The notes beneath the pieces are model-generated. The model did not search any database, had not been told where the DNA came from, and saw only the letters and a list, made by a program, of their open reading frames with translations. Shown piece by piece: positions 1 through 9,153 of a stretch of 54,849 nucleotides of DNA. Made by a program: the position numbers and the translations under genes. Origin of the DNA: Anaerolineales bacterium (GTDB lineage Bacteria > Chloroflexota > Anaerolineae > Anaerolineales > UBA11858). Each line of letters begins with the position of its first letter. The stretch's first letter is position 1. The stretch spans positions 1 to 54,849 of the forward strand of contig JADHXE010000003.1 of assembly GCA_016783125.1 (NCBI GenBank). Reading direction: 5' to 3'.

Positions 1-29
1 TGACCAAACCAGATTTTTCGCGCCGCGTA

Positions 30-452
30 TTACATTGCACAACACCCTGTGAAAAAACTCAATGCATTTTCCTCAGTGTAATTCAAATTTCGTTGGGCCC
101 GTAGGATGGTGAGATCGCGCACCAGCTGGCTGGTTGTTATTAGATCACCACTTGCTCTCACTTCGGCGATGCGACTCTTCATTAAAGCTTTGTCAGGAAC
201 TAAATCTCGGACAGGTTTCTGCAATTCTTTTTGGGCGCGATGAAGTATATCCTGGGATGCAAGTGGCCTAATGCGGGGATTATCAGAACCGTTTCTTGGG
301 AACCAATAGTCACCATTCTTGAGATTCACTCGAAAACATGGCACTAGATTTTCACCGATTGATTTTTCCTCGATCACCTTGATCTGCCCAACACCATAAG
401 AGTGATGAACGATCCAATCCCCTACCGAGTATGGAGATACACTTTCAGTCAT
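30..452 (-). CDS. CarD/CdnL-TRCF family RNA-polymerase-interacting regulator (C-terminus looks short or aberrant)
   Basis: N-terminal YSVGDWIVHHSYGVGQI..IEEK matches the CarD RID fold start; RIRPLAS and E..AL helical CTD motifs follow; ends abruptly in FFTGCCAM. Start at 452 or 467. Confidence 0.75.
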   Translation of the reverse strand: MTESVSPYSVGDWIVHHSYGVGQIKVIEEKSIGENLVPCFRVNLKNGDYWFPRNGSDNPRIRPLASQDILHRAQKELQKPVRDLVPDKALMKSRIAEVRASGDLITTSQLVRDLTILRAQRNLNYTEENALSFFTGCCAM

Positions 453-561
453 TTCTGTTCCTTCCACATCATATTTTTTAGAACTAGCTTTTCATTTGTG
501 TGCATAAGATTATGCACAGGCACATCGAGATATTAGGCTCACGCTTGGGTTGCTAATCGAT

Positions 562-1269
562 TCAGAAATCATCTGGTTCTTTCTTCTTTACCTGCCTTTG
601 CAATATGACTCGCACTGCCAAGGCGGACCTGTCTTCGATAGCCAGGTTGCTGGCAATATCAGCGATTGCTGTATCATAGTCTGCTTGAAATTCGGTTGGA
701 ACTTTGTTGTGCACTTCGTGAGTGAATTCCGACCATGCGTTTTGAAGTTTTGTTCGAATCTGGATTTCGCAGATCATTCTATCCTCGACGATAGTACGCC
801 GTTTCCTATGAGTCTTCACACGATCATACGAAACATCTGCCAGAAGGTGTATCGCCCTATATCCGGTGGGTTTCGGATCTCTGATGTAGTCTTCCAAAGA
901 ACGCGGCTTGATGAGGAACTGCTTTGTAGCCTGGATATAGTCGAGCATTCCATAGCAATCATCTACAAACCAACAAATCACTCTGGCTCCAATAAAGTCC
1001 ATGATAACTTCGGTCGGATGGCCAAACAAGGGCCAATCTAGCTTCTCCAGTTTCCTGAGAAAACTTGTTAATGACTTTACCCTGGAGTGCACGACAACAG
1101 CTTCACGAGGGAGCTTGTTTTCTGCTGTGTAAGCCGAAGCCAGTCCGCCCAGCCTGATTTTGAGAATCTGGCTTATCGATTCCAATTCGTCGCCGTATAT
1201 ATTGAAAAATCGAACAGATCTTTCGGTCAGGAAGTCTATTCGTTCCTCTCGGGTTTGGGGCTTTGCCAT
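562..1269 (-). CDS. RelA/SpoT-domain small alarmone synthetase-like protein
   Basis: Synthetase motifs RVKSxxSxxRK, DFIGARVI, GYRAIH and EIQIRT..Q.AW in a 235-aa protein with no hydrolase or regulatory domains. Confidence 0.85.
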   Translation of the reverse strand: MAKPQTREERIDFLTERSVRFFNIYGDELESISQILKIRLGGLASAYTAENKLPREAVVVHSRVKSLTSFLRKLEKLDWPLFGHPTEVIMDFIGARVICWFVDDCYGMLDYIQATKQFLIKPRSLEDYIRDPKPTGYRAIHLLADVSYDRVKTHRKRRTIVEDRMICEIQIRTKLQNAWSEFTHEVHNKVPTEFQADYDTAIADIASNLAIEDRSALAVRVILQRQVKKKEPDDF

Positions 1270-1364
1270 TTCTCATTCCTGTCAGATTTATTGTCTGCTC
1301 AACGAGGGTTTCAGGCACATGACGTTTTCGACCCAAAACTCTTCGCTCATGCTCAATCGTTTGG

Positions 1365-1919
1365 TCATTTCAAATTTTCTGCTAGTGGGTCATTCGCTAC
1401 TGGAGAGAAGCCTTCATCAAACAATTGACTACGCAACTCCCTGATTACCTTTTTTAGCCCTGCCATTCGTACTTCACGATCTGCCATAAGTAATAACATC
1501 TTCTCGAGTTCATCGATCTTTTCCTGCAAAATCTCCTGCGCATTTTTCCGCTCAGTGATATCTTCTATTGCAAGAAGAATCATATTGGTGTTGTTGTCAT
1601 CGCGGTATATTTTTCGGGCGTTCTGCAGCATTGTACGCACACCGATATGGTCAAAAACAGCCGTGATTTCAAAGTTTTCAAAACTGGTTTTCTCTGGCAG
1701 TATATGTTCCAGGAGTTCTTTTAGCTCAGGCACACCCCATTTTTTATTATCAATCTCGAACAGCAATTTCCCTTCCATTTTTTCCGAATTACATTGAAAG
1801 TGCATGAAATAAGCTCGGTTGGCTAAAATCACTCGTAGATCAGAATCTAATACAATTAGAGGTTGACGCACGGTTGCGATAATATCTTTATGAAAATTCA
1901 CTTCATAATTGTTGTTCAT
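1365..1919 (-). CDS. Stand-alone PAS-domain protein with C-terminal coiled coil
   Basis: IIATVRQPLIVLDSDLRVILANRAY...LAIEDITERK PAS/PAC signature, then a REVRMAGLKK coiled coil; no kinase domain. Confidence 0.8.
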   Translation of the reverse strand: MNNNYEVNFHKDIIATVRQPLIVLDSDLRVILANRAYFMHFQCNSEKMEGKLLFEIDNKKWGVPELKELLEHILPEKTSFENFEITAVFDHIGVRTMLQNARKIYRDDNNTNMILLAIEDITERKNAQEILQEKIDELEKMLLLMADREVRMAGLKKVIRELRSQLFDEGFSPVANDPLAENLK

Positions 1920-1964
1920 CTGTTGACCTTTCGACTCGAATAAGACGAAACCCCTGAATCCGAG

Positions 1965-2174
1965 TTATGCGCTCACAAGCTCAAAGTTTTCTTCAAAATA
2001 CATCTTGGAAACATACCAGGTATCTGTGTGGTCCTTGGGGTTGCGGGCAATCATCCCCAGATCATTCATTGGATCATCCCCTTCGCTGACAGACACGCCT
2101 GACAAATCTTCACCGGGTATATAGGAGCGCATTTCTGCCAAGCCTTTCCTGCGATATTGCTTGAATTCATTCAT
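1965..2174 (-). CDS. Small hypothetical protein (69 aa)
   Basis: ATG at 2174 (MNEFKQYRRKGLAEMRSY...IARNPKDHTDTWYVSKMYFEENFE), 10 nt after the upstream ORF stop; globular-looking sequence. Confidence 0.6.
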   Translation of the reverse strand: MNEFKQYRRKGLAEMRSYIPGEDLSGVSVSEGDDPMNDLGMIARNPKDHTDTWYVSKMYFEENFELVSA

Positions 2175-2184
2175 TTCAGGTTTC

Positions 2185-2610
2185 CTACTTCTCTTTTTTC
2201 TGCCTATATTGAAGCAATTTCCGCTTATCGTCTCGTTGCTGCTCTTTTTGTCGAAGTTTCCGTCTATGTTCTTGTTCCAAATCAAATTGTTTTTGCTCTT
2301 CTTGTCTCAGTTTTCGTTTGTGTTCTATTTTTAAATCCAGTTGCTGTTGCTCCTCTTGTCGCAGCTTTCGTTTTTGCTCTTGTTCCTGTTTCAAACCCAG
2401 TTGCTGATAAACCTCTTGTCGTTGTTTTCGGTTCTCCTCCAATTTCAAATCCAGTTTATGCTGATCCCTTTGCCGCAGCTTTCGTTTCTGCTCCTGTTCC
2501 TGCTCCAGTTTCTTTTGTTCATCTTGCCGCATTATTCGTTTATCTTCTTGTTGCTGCTCTCGTTTCAGCCGCTTTTGTTCCCGTTGCTCATATTCATCTT
2601 GCTGTTTCAT
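2185..2610 (-). CDS. Q/E/K/R-rich repetitive helical protein
   Basis: About five imperfect 18-20-aa repeats (EQKRKLRQxEQQQLDLK); AAGG-like RBS before the ATG at 2610. Confidence 0.55.
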   Translation of the reverse strand: MKQQDEYEQREQKRLKREQQQEDKRIMRQDEQKKLEQEQEQKRKLRQRDQHKLDLKLEENRKQRQEVYQQLGLKQEQEQKRKLRQEEQQQLDLKIEHKRKLRQEEQKQFDLEQEHRRKLRQKEQQRDDKRKLLQYRQKKEK

Positions 2611-2728
2611 AGTATTTTCCTTCTTGAATATCTGAGTTGTCAAAATACCTTACAGGTGCTCAAATTGGCAAAAGCGAGTGTTTTCTTGTTTTTTATTATG
2701 CTCGTTAAAAGGTTGAGCTAATTAGTTT

Positions 2729-2786
2729 ATGAGGAAACCAGAAATCCATGGATTTTTCCGCAATCCTGCGTTTCTGGTTTCCTCAT
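2729..2786. repeat. Palindromic intergenic element with 16-bp perfect arms; possible terminator
   Basis: atgaggaaaccagaaa ... tttctggtttcctcat; same family as the arms at 29073 and 29441. Confidence 0.8.
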
Positions 2787-2832
2787 GGATCGATGTATAT
2801 CGTCGATTATTGGAATGTTCAGACCGGGAGAT

Positions 2833-4332
2833 TCACTCTTTACCTTCCGATTTGTTCACCCAGCTATCCACAATGCGACTGGCAGTTTCCCGGGCACCAA
2901 GTCCAAAAGCCAGAGCAGCCGCCACGCCGATTGCGCCCAAGAGCACGCCAAAGGCGATGTTGACAATTTCTCCAGCAACACCGACCTGTTGAAGCCCCAT
3001 AGCAGCGACCAGCACAAGAATGGCGGTACGAGCTATTCCAGCCATAAAGCCAGCGTTGTTGCCGCCTGCTGCCATGATAACGTCGCGGGTCAGGTTAGCA
3101 AGATAGAGACCAACCGCAAAGATGAGCAATGCCAGCAGCACTTGCCCACCAAAGGCCAAGAAAATCGCCAATATTTCCGCCAAGAAACCAAAGCCGAGCA
3201 TGTCAGCGGCTTCAATGCCAGCGAGCAGCAGAACAGCAACCAGTACAATGTAGCCGACCACTTCTGAGAGCGTGTACTTCGCCTTATCAGAAGCAATACG
3301 CAGGCCCAACTTTTCAGTAATTCTGTCGAATCCAATGCCAGTCAGCAGATTGCTGACCAGTCCGGAGATTAGTTTGCCCGCGAAATAAGCAACCAGCAGC
3401 ACAAGAACCGCCCCAAAGAACATCGGGATACCGCTCATGACGGCAGTCAGCATAGAAATGGCGGGGGCCGAGATCGCGTCTACGCCCAAAGCATTCAGAG
3501 CGGCAATCACAGCCGGGATCAGAATCAAAATGTAGATTACTGAACCGATGATTTTCGAAAGTGGTTCGGTTTGTGATTCGCTGCTGACGCCAATACGTTC
3601 ACCAAATTTATCGATATTGGTGGCAGCTAACAAGTTGACTACGATCTGGCGCACGATGCGAGCTAAGAGCCAGCCAATAAAAAGGCTGATGGCTGCTGCA
3701 AAGATATTGGGAATTGCGCCCAAAATTGCATCCACGACGCCAGTGACGGGTTCCACCAGTCCCCGCATCCCAAGAGCATTCAGCACGGCGGGCAGGAAGA
3801 GCAGGAAGACAAGCCAGAAGACGCCGTTCGCAAGAGAATCAGAAACGCTGACCTTCGGTGCGTCAATCTCAGCTTGCGCAGCAAGCCGCTCATCAAGTTT
3901 GGTCATGCGCATAGTTCGTTGGATGACGAATTTTGCAATCGTAGCGACCAGCCACGCTACCAACAGAATCAATATTGCACCCAGCAATTGCGGAGCAGCC
4001 AGGGCGATCTGTTCTAACATGGCGTTCAATGGGGCTGCTACGGCGGGGAGCTGCACAGTCTGAAAGAAGGCAACCAGCACGAACAACATGACTAGATAGA
4101 AGGCGGCTGTAGAAACCCATTTTGCGATATTCAGCTGAGCCGGTTCTTCGCCTTCAGCCACTGCGCCAGCCAGACGATCGTCTACATTGGTGCGTTTCAA
4201 CAAGCGATAAACTACAGTTTTAATGATGCGGGCAATGAGCCAGCCCACGATCAGGATGGCAAGGCCAGCCAGCAGGTTGAGCATGTCTTCGCCGACAAGC
4301 GCAATCAATTGAGTAAGTATTTGGTCAAACAT
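2833..4332 (-). CDS. Conserved TM-helix repeat membrane protein (CmpX/MscS-associated type)
   Basis: Four repeats of P.(L/I)..A.(L/I).L.(V/I)GW..A followed by a D.R/K loop; C-terminal G.A.ALAFGLG.RE motif; RBS GGAG. Confidence 0.8.
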   Translation of the reverse strand: MFDQILTQLIALVGEDMLNLLAGLAILIVGWLIARIIKTVVYRLLKRTNVDDRLAGAVAEGEEPAQLNIAKWVSTAAFYLVMLFVLVAFFQTVQLPAVAAPLNAMLEQIALAAPQLLGAILILLVAWLVATIAKFVIQRTMRMTKLDERLAAQAEIDAPKVSVSDSLANGVFWLVFLLFLPAVLNALGMRGLVEPVTGVVDAILGAIPNIFAAAISLFIGWLLARIVRQIVVNLLAATNIDKFGERIGVSSESQTEPLSKIIGSVIYILILIPAVIAALNALGVDAISAPAISMLTAVMSGIPMFFGAVLVLLVAYFAGKLISGLVSNLLTGIGFDRITEKLGLRIASDKAKYTLSEVVGYIVLVAVLLLAGIEAADMLGFGFLAEILAIFLAFGGQVLLALLIFAVGLYLANLTRDVIMAAGGNNAGFMAGIARTAILVLVAAMGLQQVGVAGEIVNIAFGVLLGAIGVAAALAFGLGARETASRIVDSWVNKSEGKE

Positions 4333-4469
4333 GGAATCTCCTTTGGGGTCGATAAATAGTTTGAGTGTCTACTTTCCTAGACACCGAAAACCGCTTCGTT
4401 TTTCTTATTAATTGTCTAATTTGCCATCGTTTTGCTCCTTTTCATGGAAACATTTCAGGCCCTTCTCAT

Positions 4470-5948
4470 TCAACCGACATGCAGTTTAGTTACCTGGCGG
4501 AAGTGGAAGCCCATAATGGCCAGCGTGATAGCCAGTGGGAACAAGCGGGGACGCCTGAACAGGGTCCAGAAAAATAATCGCCAATATTGGGCACGCTCGA
4601 CACCGCGGATACCCAGATGGAAAATGGAGCGTCCTAAGGCCAGGATATACTGTGGATCTGGGTGAGAGCGGATTTTGGGCGGGTGGTACTCGCGCAGAAA
4701 AGTCAATACCCGCTCGTAATAGAATTGCGGGGCGTAGATTTGGCCCAACAGCTTGCGATAGCCTTCCCGCAGCGCTTCCGCACCCATCTTGGGGATGATA
4801 TTGGTCGAGCCATCCACATTATCCCCCGAAAAATCGTTCATCAGGCGGTCTTCTTGTTGCATGCGCGCGTACAACCGTGTTCCTAGCGGAGCCTGCAGCA
4901 ACCCCACCATGGCTGTCACGATACCGCTTTTTTGGATGAAATCGACCTGCTGCTGAAAGATGGAGGGCGGATCGTTATCAAAACCGACGATGAAACCGCC
5001 CTGCACCTGGAGCCCTGCACGCTGCAGTTGCTTGACGCTCTCCACCAGGTCGCGGTCCTTGTTCTGGTTCTTACTGCATTCAGTCAGACTGTCTTCATTG
5101 GGCGTCTCGATACCGACAAAGACCGTAGTAAATCCGGCTTGCGTCATAAGGCTGATCAGTTCGGGATCATCGGCCAGGTTGATGGACGCTTCAGTGCTGA
5201 ACGGCATACCGCGCTTGCCCTTGCGCCATTCGATCAGCGCTGGCAGCACTTCAGATTTGATCTGCTTCTTGTTGCCAATAAAATTGTCATCCACGAAAAA
5301 GATGCCCTGGCGCCAGCCCAGAGCGTAGATGCTGTCCAACTCGGAAATGATTTGGGTCGCGGTTTTGGTGCGCGGGCGGTGCCCCAAGAGGGACGTCACA
5401 TTGCAAAAATCGCAACTAAAGGGACAGCCACGCGAGAACTGGATGCTGACCGTATCGTAATATTTGAGATCTGCCAGAGGCCACAAGGGCACCGGGGTTT
5501 GCTGGATGTCTGGATACTCAGTGGTGGCATAAAGGGGTTGGGCGTGCCCCTTGGTCAGGTCCGTCAAAAAAAGCGGTAGGGTCAACTCGGCTTCATTGAG
5601 CACGAAGTGATCGACCTCGGGAAACTGCTCATATTCCATAGTGAAGAGCGGCCCGCCTGCAACAACTTTGACACCAGCCTGCTTGCAGCGAGCGATCAAA
5701 GCGCGGGCCGCATCGCGCTGCACGATCATAGCGCTGATGAAGACATAGTCAGCCCAGGCCAAATCCTTGTGGGTCAGGCTGATCACGTTCAAATCAACCA
5801 ACCGTTTTTCCCACGCATCAGGCAACAAGGCAGCCACGGTTAACAAACCTAGCGGTGGGGAGCCAGCCTTCTTGCGGATAAATTTTAGGGCGTGCTTGAA
5901 ACTCCAAAACGTATCTGGGAATTCAGGGTAAACCAGTAAGATTTTCAT
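4470..5948 (-). CDS. B12-binding radical SAM protein (DUF4070-type)
   Basis: MKILLVYP..PPLGLLTVAA cobalamin-binding start; SRGCPFSCDFC CxxxCxxC motif; FVDDNFIG; start at 5948 overlaps the upstream stop (ATGA). Confidence 0.9.
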   Translation of the reverse strand: MKILLVYPEFPDTFWSFKHALKFIRKKAGSPPLGLLTVAALLPDAWEKRLVDLNVISLTHKDLAWADYVFISAMIVQRDAARALIARCKQAGVKVVAGGPLFTMEYEQFPEVDHFVLNEAELTLPLFLTDLTKGHAQPLYATTEYPDIQQTPVPLWPLADLKYYDTVSIQFSRGCPFSCDFCNVTSLLGHRPRTKTATQIISELDSIYALGWRQGIFFVDDNFIGNKKQIKSEVLPALIEWRKGKRGMPFSTEASINLADDPELISLMTQAGFTTVFVGIETPNEDSLTECSKNQNKDRDLVESVKQLQRAGLQVQGGFIVGFDNDPPSIFQQQVDFIQKSGIVTAMVGLLQAPLGTRLYARMQQEDRLMNDFSGDNVDGSTNIIPKMGAEALREGYRKLLGQIYAPQFYYERVLTFLREYHPPKIRSHPDPQYILALGRSIFHLGIRGVERAQYWRLFFWTLFRRPRLFPLAITLAIMGFHFRQVTKLHVG

Positions 5949-6178
5949 CGTAACCTTGCTTTTAGTCTCAACTTGAAAATTAATTTCAGCCAATTTTCCG
6001 ATCGCCATCTGGCCCTTTTTCTCTGAACTGGGCCGTTATAGGTCCAAAAGGTTATTCGTTCGCCGCACTCGCAGTTGATTGTTCTGGCGGTAGAACCTTC
6101 ATTTTTTGATGGATCATCGACGAGTGGATTATCAGTAATCGTTTTATTACAGCCAGGACATGTAATATAGATTTCCAT
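5945..6178 (-). CDS. Small zinc-ribbon-like protein, translationally coupled to the radical SAM gene
   Basis: CPGC...CECG cysteine pairs; its TGA overlaps the next ATG at 5945-5948. Confidence 0.6.
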   Translation of the reverse strand: MEIYITCPGCNKTITDNPLVDDPSKNEGSTARTINCECGERITFWTYNGPVQRKRARWRSENWLKLIFKLRLKARLR

Positions 6179-6211
6179 TTTCTTGCCTTTAGCGGAAAGT
6201 TAATCTTTCCA

Positions 6212-6346
6212 TCATGGATCTATGTTATTGATGATCTTATCTTTGCTTTTATTTTTCTTCTCTCTTTTCGCTTGCTTTTTTTCCTTCATGTTTTTTTGTG
6301 GTTTTTTCTTGGACATCTTTTTGTTCTTCTTCTGACCTTTAGCCAT
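6212..6346 (-). CDS. 44-aa lysine-rich micro-protein (below the ORF-track cutoff)
   Basis: Manual translation MAKGQKKNKKMSKKKPQKNMKEKKQAKREKKNKSKDKIINNIDP*; strong RBS AAGGAG at 6355-6360. Confidence 0.7.
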   Translation of the reverse strand: MAKGQKKNKKMSKKKPQKNMKEKKQAKREKKNKSKDKIINNIDP

Positions 6347-6513
6347 GACCTTTACTCCTTGTGTAAGGTTCCTAACTGGCTGCATTCTTTCATCGTTAGG
6401 TGATCAATTAGGAATGCAATTTGGTTACTCGGGTTTCAACCGCTGCCGCGCAAAAGCACTTGTGCTTCGCCGCGACAAAGATTGCAACTCCCAGGATGAG
6501 CAATGACATTTGA

Positions 6514-7659
6514 TCAATAACGGAGCACAGCAGCAGCAGAAGTACCCCCCGGCACTTTATCCGGTTCCACGGCATAAACTGTGCCACCTTTCAGGTAGGT
6601 TTGAACAGCCGCCAGTTCCAGTAGGGATTCGTCGCCAGACTCCATTTGATTATGGATTTCAATCTCACTTGTAACTGAGTTAAAGATACCCCATTGCTGC
6701 ACTCCAGTGGCGATATATAACGTTTCAATCTGGCCATGATAAGCGGCCGGAACGATCTTTTCGAATGTGTCTGTCGCTCGTTCGCTTTCCTGACCGGCAA
6801 GTTGTTGGTACTGGGCAAAAGCCTCTGCTTGAGCGGCCTGGAAGTAATGTTCAAGAATGTTCCAGGCACTTTTGTGCAGCTCGTCCACACGCAATAGATC
6901 AGGATTCCCCTTGATAACTGTATTGATCAAATTAGGGTAGGAGTTGGCTTCTTTGTAGATTGGTAGCAAGTATTCAACACCCGCCAAAACGAGCGGTGCC
7001 CGGTCTTCTTGAAGAAATTCCGTCAAACCATCCGAGACCAGGCGAAAGTAGCGCAGCAGCTCATTTTTGGCGCTTTCGTCGCTGTCACCGCCTTGACCAT
7101 GGAAGGTTACCGAACCGAAACCGGAAGTGTGGTGTTGAAAGATTGCTTGATAATCGCCGGATGGTAGTGCTTCAGCCAGACTGCCGCCCGCCTGCCCAAT
7201 GTCAACCTCGCTGACGCTATCGCGCGTTCCATTCAGTAACCTGATTTCGTTCTGGCTCAACGCCAGGATGTAAAATTGGCCGTCTCCGGTGAAGAGAGGT
7301 AGCAGCGGTTTGATGTGGAAGTAATCTTCAACCACGACCAATTCTTCAAAATTCAGCGGGAGACAGTAGCGGCGAACGCTGTTGGAAGAGAGAAAAATCG
7401 CCAGACCATCACTCTGATGCTGCCAGAACTGAGCATCCTGTAAAAATTTGCTGGCCGGCTCGAGCATTTTTTGTACATCACGCCGGCCTACGCCCTGGTC
7501 TGATAAGTGCTTCTCTGCCTCTCCGAGTAGATTTTTCAGTCGAATCGGATCCTGCTGGGCTTCGGTCCCAGTTCTGTGGGTCGGCATATAGATTGAAATA
7601 CACCATGGTTGTTCTTTACGCATTAATTGTTCTAGTTCATCTCTCGTTAAAACATCCAT
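6514..7659 (-). CDS. Bacterial aeRF1-like protein (baeRF3/baeRF7 type)
   Basis: ISIYMPTHR...DPIRLKNLL, FHIKPLLPL, YILALSQN..RL, FHGQGG, PLVLAGV and a C-terminal GG.VY...AAVLRY; no GGQ motif. Confidence 0.85.
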   Translation of the reverse strand: MDVLTRDELEQLMRKEQPWCISIYMPTHRTGTEAQQDPIRLKNLLGEAEKHLSDQGVGRRDVQKMLEPASKFLQDAQFWQHQSDGLAIFLSSNSVRRYCLPLNFEELVVVEDYFHIKPLLPLFTGDGQFYILALSQNEIRLLNGTRDSVSEVDIGQAGGSLAEALPSGDYQAIFQHHTSGFGSVTFHGQGGDSDESAKNELLRYFRLVSDGLTEFLQEDRAPLVLAGVEYLLPIYKEANSYPNLINTVIKGNPDLLRVDELHKSAWNILEHYFQAAQAEAFAQYQQLAGQESERATDTFEKIVPAAYHGQIETLYIATGVQQWGIFNSVTSEIEIHNQMESGDESLLELAAVQTYLKGGTVYAVEPDKVPGGTSAAAVLRY

Positions 7660-7825
7660 TTTCTTTCTCCAAGTAGAATACCAAGCCGGTGATATTGAGA
7701 AAGCCGACGACCACACCTCGGACCGCTAAGGCTCAGATCGCCCAATCGGGTTGAAAGAAAAGCCCGGCGAGCCCGGCAATGGCAAGCCGAAGATAATCCC
7801 ATTTACCAATTGTTTGACGATTCAT
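7637..7825 (-). pseudogene. Decayed small membrane-protein gene
   Basis: RBS CAGGAG, ATG at 7825, MNRQTIGKW..LAIAGLAGLFFQPDWAI, in-frame TGA at 7735-7733, then hydrophobic ALAVRGVVVGFLNITG continues in frame. Confidence 0.5.
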
Positions 7826-7840
7826 TTCAGCTCCTGTCTT

Positions 7841-8689
7841 TTATTTTTTGATAACGGGAACTGTAGTCCCTGCCAGATCATTAACTACATTAACTAAATC
7901 ACTGCCAGCGGGAACTATAATCTTTGTATTATCTTTTAAGGCTTCAGCGACTGTCTCCAGTTTTTTGAGCAGCTGTGCATTGCCGATAAAATACTCTTCA
8001 GCAGCGACGTTTACAGTCTTGATGGCATCTCCATCAGCATCTGCTTTTAATCGAATCGCCGCCGCGATTCCTTCTGCTTTTTTAATTTCAGCTCGCCTTT
8101 CTCCATCAGCTTTGGTTTCAATCGCTGTTGCTAGATCAAGGGCAGCTATTTTTTCATTTTCAGCTTTAACAACCTGGTTCATGGCGTCTTGAACATCATC
8201 CGGTGGTTCGATACGCTGCAGCTCAACCCGGACAACATCAATTCCCCATTTGGAGACTTCTTTGGATAATATTTTTTCAACTTCTAAATTAATTTGATCT
8301 CTATTTTCGTTTGCCTCTGTCAGGGTCATTTTACCGATCACGGCTCTGAGGGTTGTTTTTGCCAGAGATGGCACTGAGGATGCAAAATTGTTCACGTTAT
8401 AAATTGCTTTTTGGGCTTCTTCCACCCTGTAATAGACCACGCCATCAACTACAGCATTTAATTTGTCCTTTGTAATAATTGATTGTGGATCAATATCCAC
8501 TCGGCGCTCTGTTATGTTTATGCGATACATTTTGGATAGGAAAGGTATAACCCAGTTGAAACCGGCGCTGGCAGTTTTTGAATACCGGCCCAGAAATTCG
8601 ACAACTCCCACTTCTACAGGCCGGAGGATCTTTACGCCTGAAGCGAAGATAATTATTGCGAAAAATACTACATATAATATGATGTTCAT
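7841..8689 (-). CDS. SPFH/band-7 (stomatin-like) membrane protein
   Basis: N-terminal TM helix, VVEFLGRY, ITKDKLNAVVDGVVYYRV, TTLRAVIG, WGIDVVRVEL..I.PP and an Ala/Glu coiled coil. Confidence 0.92.
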   Translation of the reverse strand: MNIILYVVFFAIIIFASGVKILRPVEVGVVEFLGRYSKTASAGFNWVIPFLSKMYRINITERRVDIDPQSIITKDKLNAVVDGVVYYRVEEAQKAIYNVNNFASSVPSLAKTTLRAVIGKMTLTEANENRDQINLEVEKILSKEVSKWGIDVVRVELQRIEPPDDVQDAMNQVVKAENEKIAALDLATAIETKADGERRAEIKKAEGIAAAIRLKADADGDAIKTVNVAAEEYFIGNAQLLKKLETVAEALKDNTKIIVPAGSDLVNVVNDLAGTTVPVIKK

Positions 8690-8956
8690 CTAATTGCTCC
8701 TCATAGTTGATAACCTTCTCTAGATATTTGATTTTGGTTTATTGGAAGCATAAACCTGAAAACCTGAATTCCACGTCAAATAATAATCCAACCGTCTGTT
8801 AAGCCACTGGAAAATTCTTCAAGAGCTTGACTTTGACTTTTTTCTAGCGTGTTCTTCGATATTGTTTTCCATTCGTTATTCCCTTGATCTCAATAGATCG
8901 TGAATGCATCTTACGATTTGTGTGAGGCGTGAAGCTGTTGTATTCTGCCCAGACTT

Positions 8957-9124
8957 TCACTCGTCCCAGTCACGAAGGAATACACCCGCATCAATGAGAT
9001 CTTGTTGCGTTAGTTTGAATTCATTGATGAGCCTTTTGATAAAGCTCATCACGATTTGCAAACTGGACCTAAAGCCCCTCTGAATAGGGGCACGTGTAAC
9101 TTGTTTGTCATGATAGTTTTCCAT
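8957..9124 (-). CDS. 55-aa micro-protein
   Basis: Manual translation MENYHDKQVTRAPIQRGFRSSLQIVMSFIKRLINEFKLTQQDLIDAGVFLRDWDE*; GAGG RBS upstream. Confidence 0.55.
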   Translation of the reverse strand: MENYHDKQVTRAPIQRGFRSSLQIVMSFIKRLINEFKLTQQDLIDAGVFLRDWDE

Positions 9125-9153
9125 TTTGTCCTCGCTTTGTTTACTTGCGGCCG

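Noticed and set aside
2185-2643. Periodic repeats as a possible CRISPR array
   Set aside because: The repeats are degenerate, in multiples of 3 and lack unique spacers; they fit a coding repeat, and no cas genes are present
4373-4384. gtgtcta-ctttcc-tagacac hairpin near 4364-4384 as an IS end
   Set aside because: A single short hairpin with no partner end or transposase
7733-7735. In-frame TGA as selenocysteine or an alternative genetic code
   Set aside because: Many genes here clearly stop at TGA (ATGA overlaps), no SECIS-like hairpin is evident, and the context is a TM helix
8760-8872. ATG at 8872 with a weak RBS as another micro-gene
   Set aside because: It stops after 17 codons and has no recognisable features
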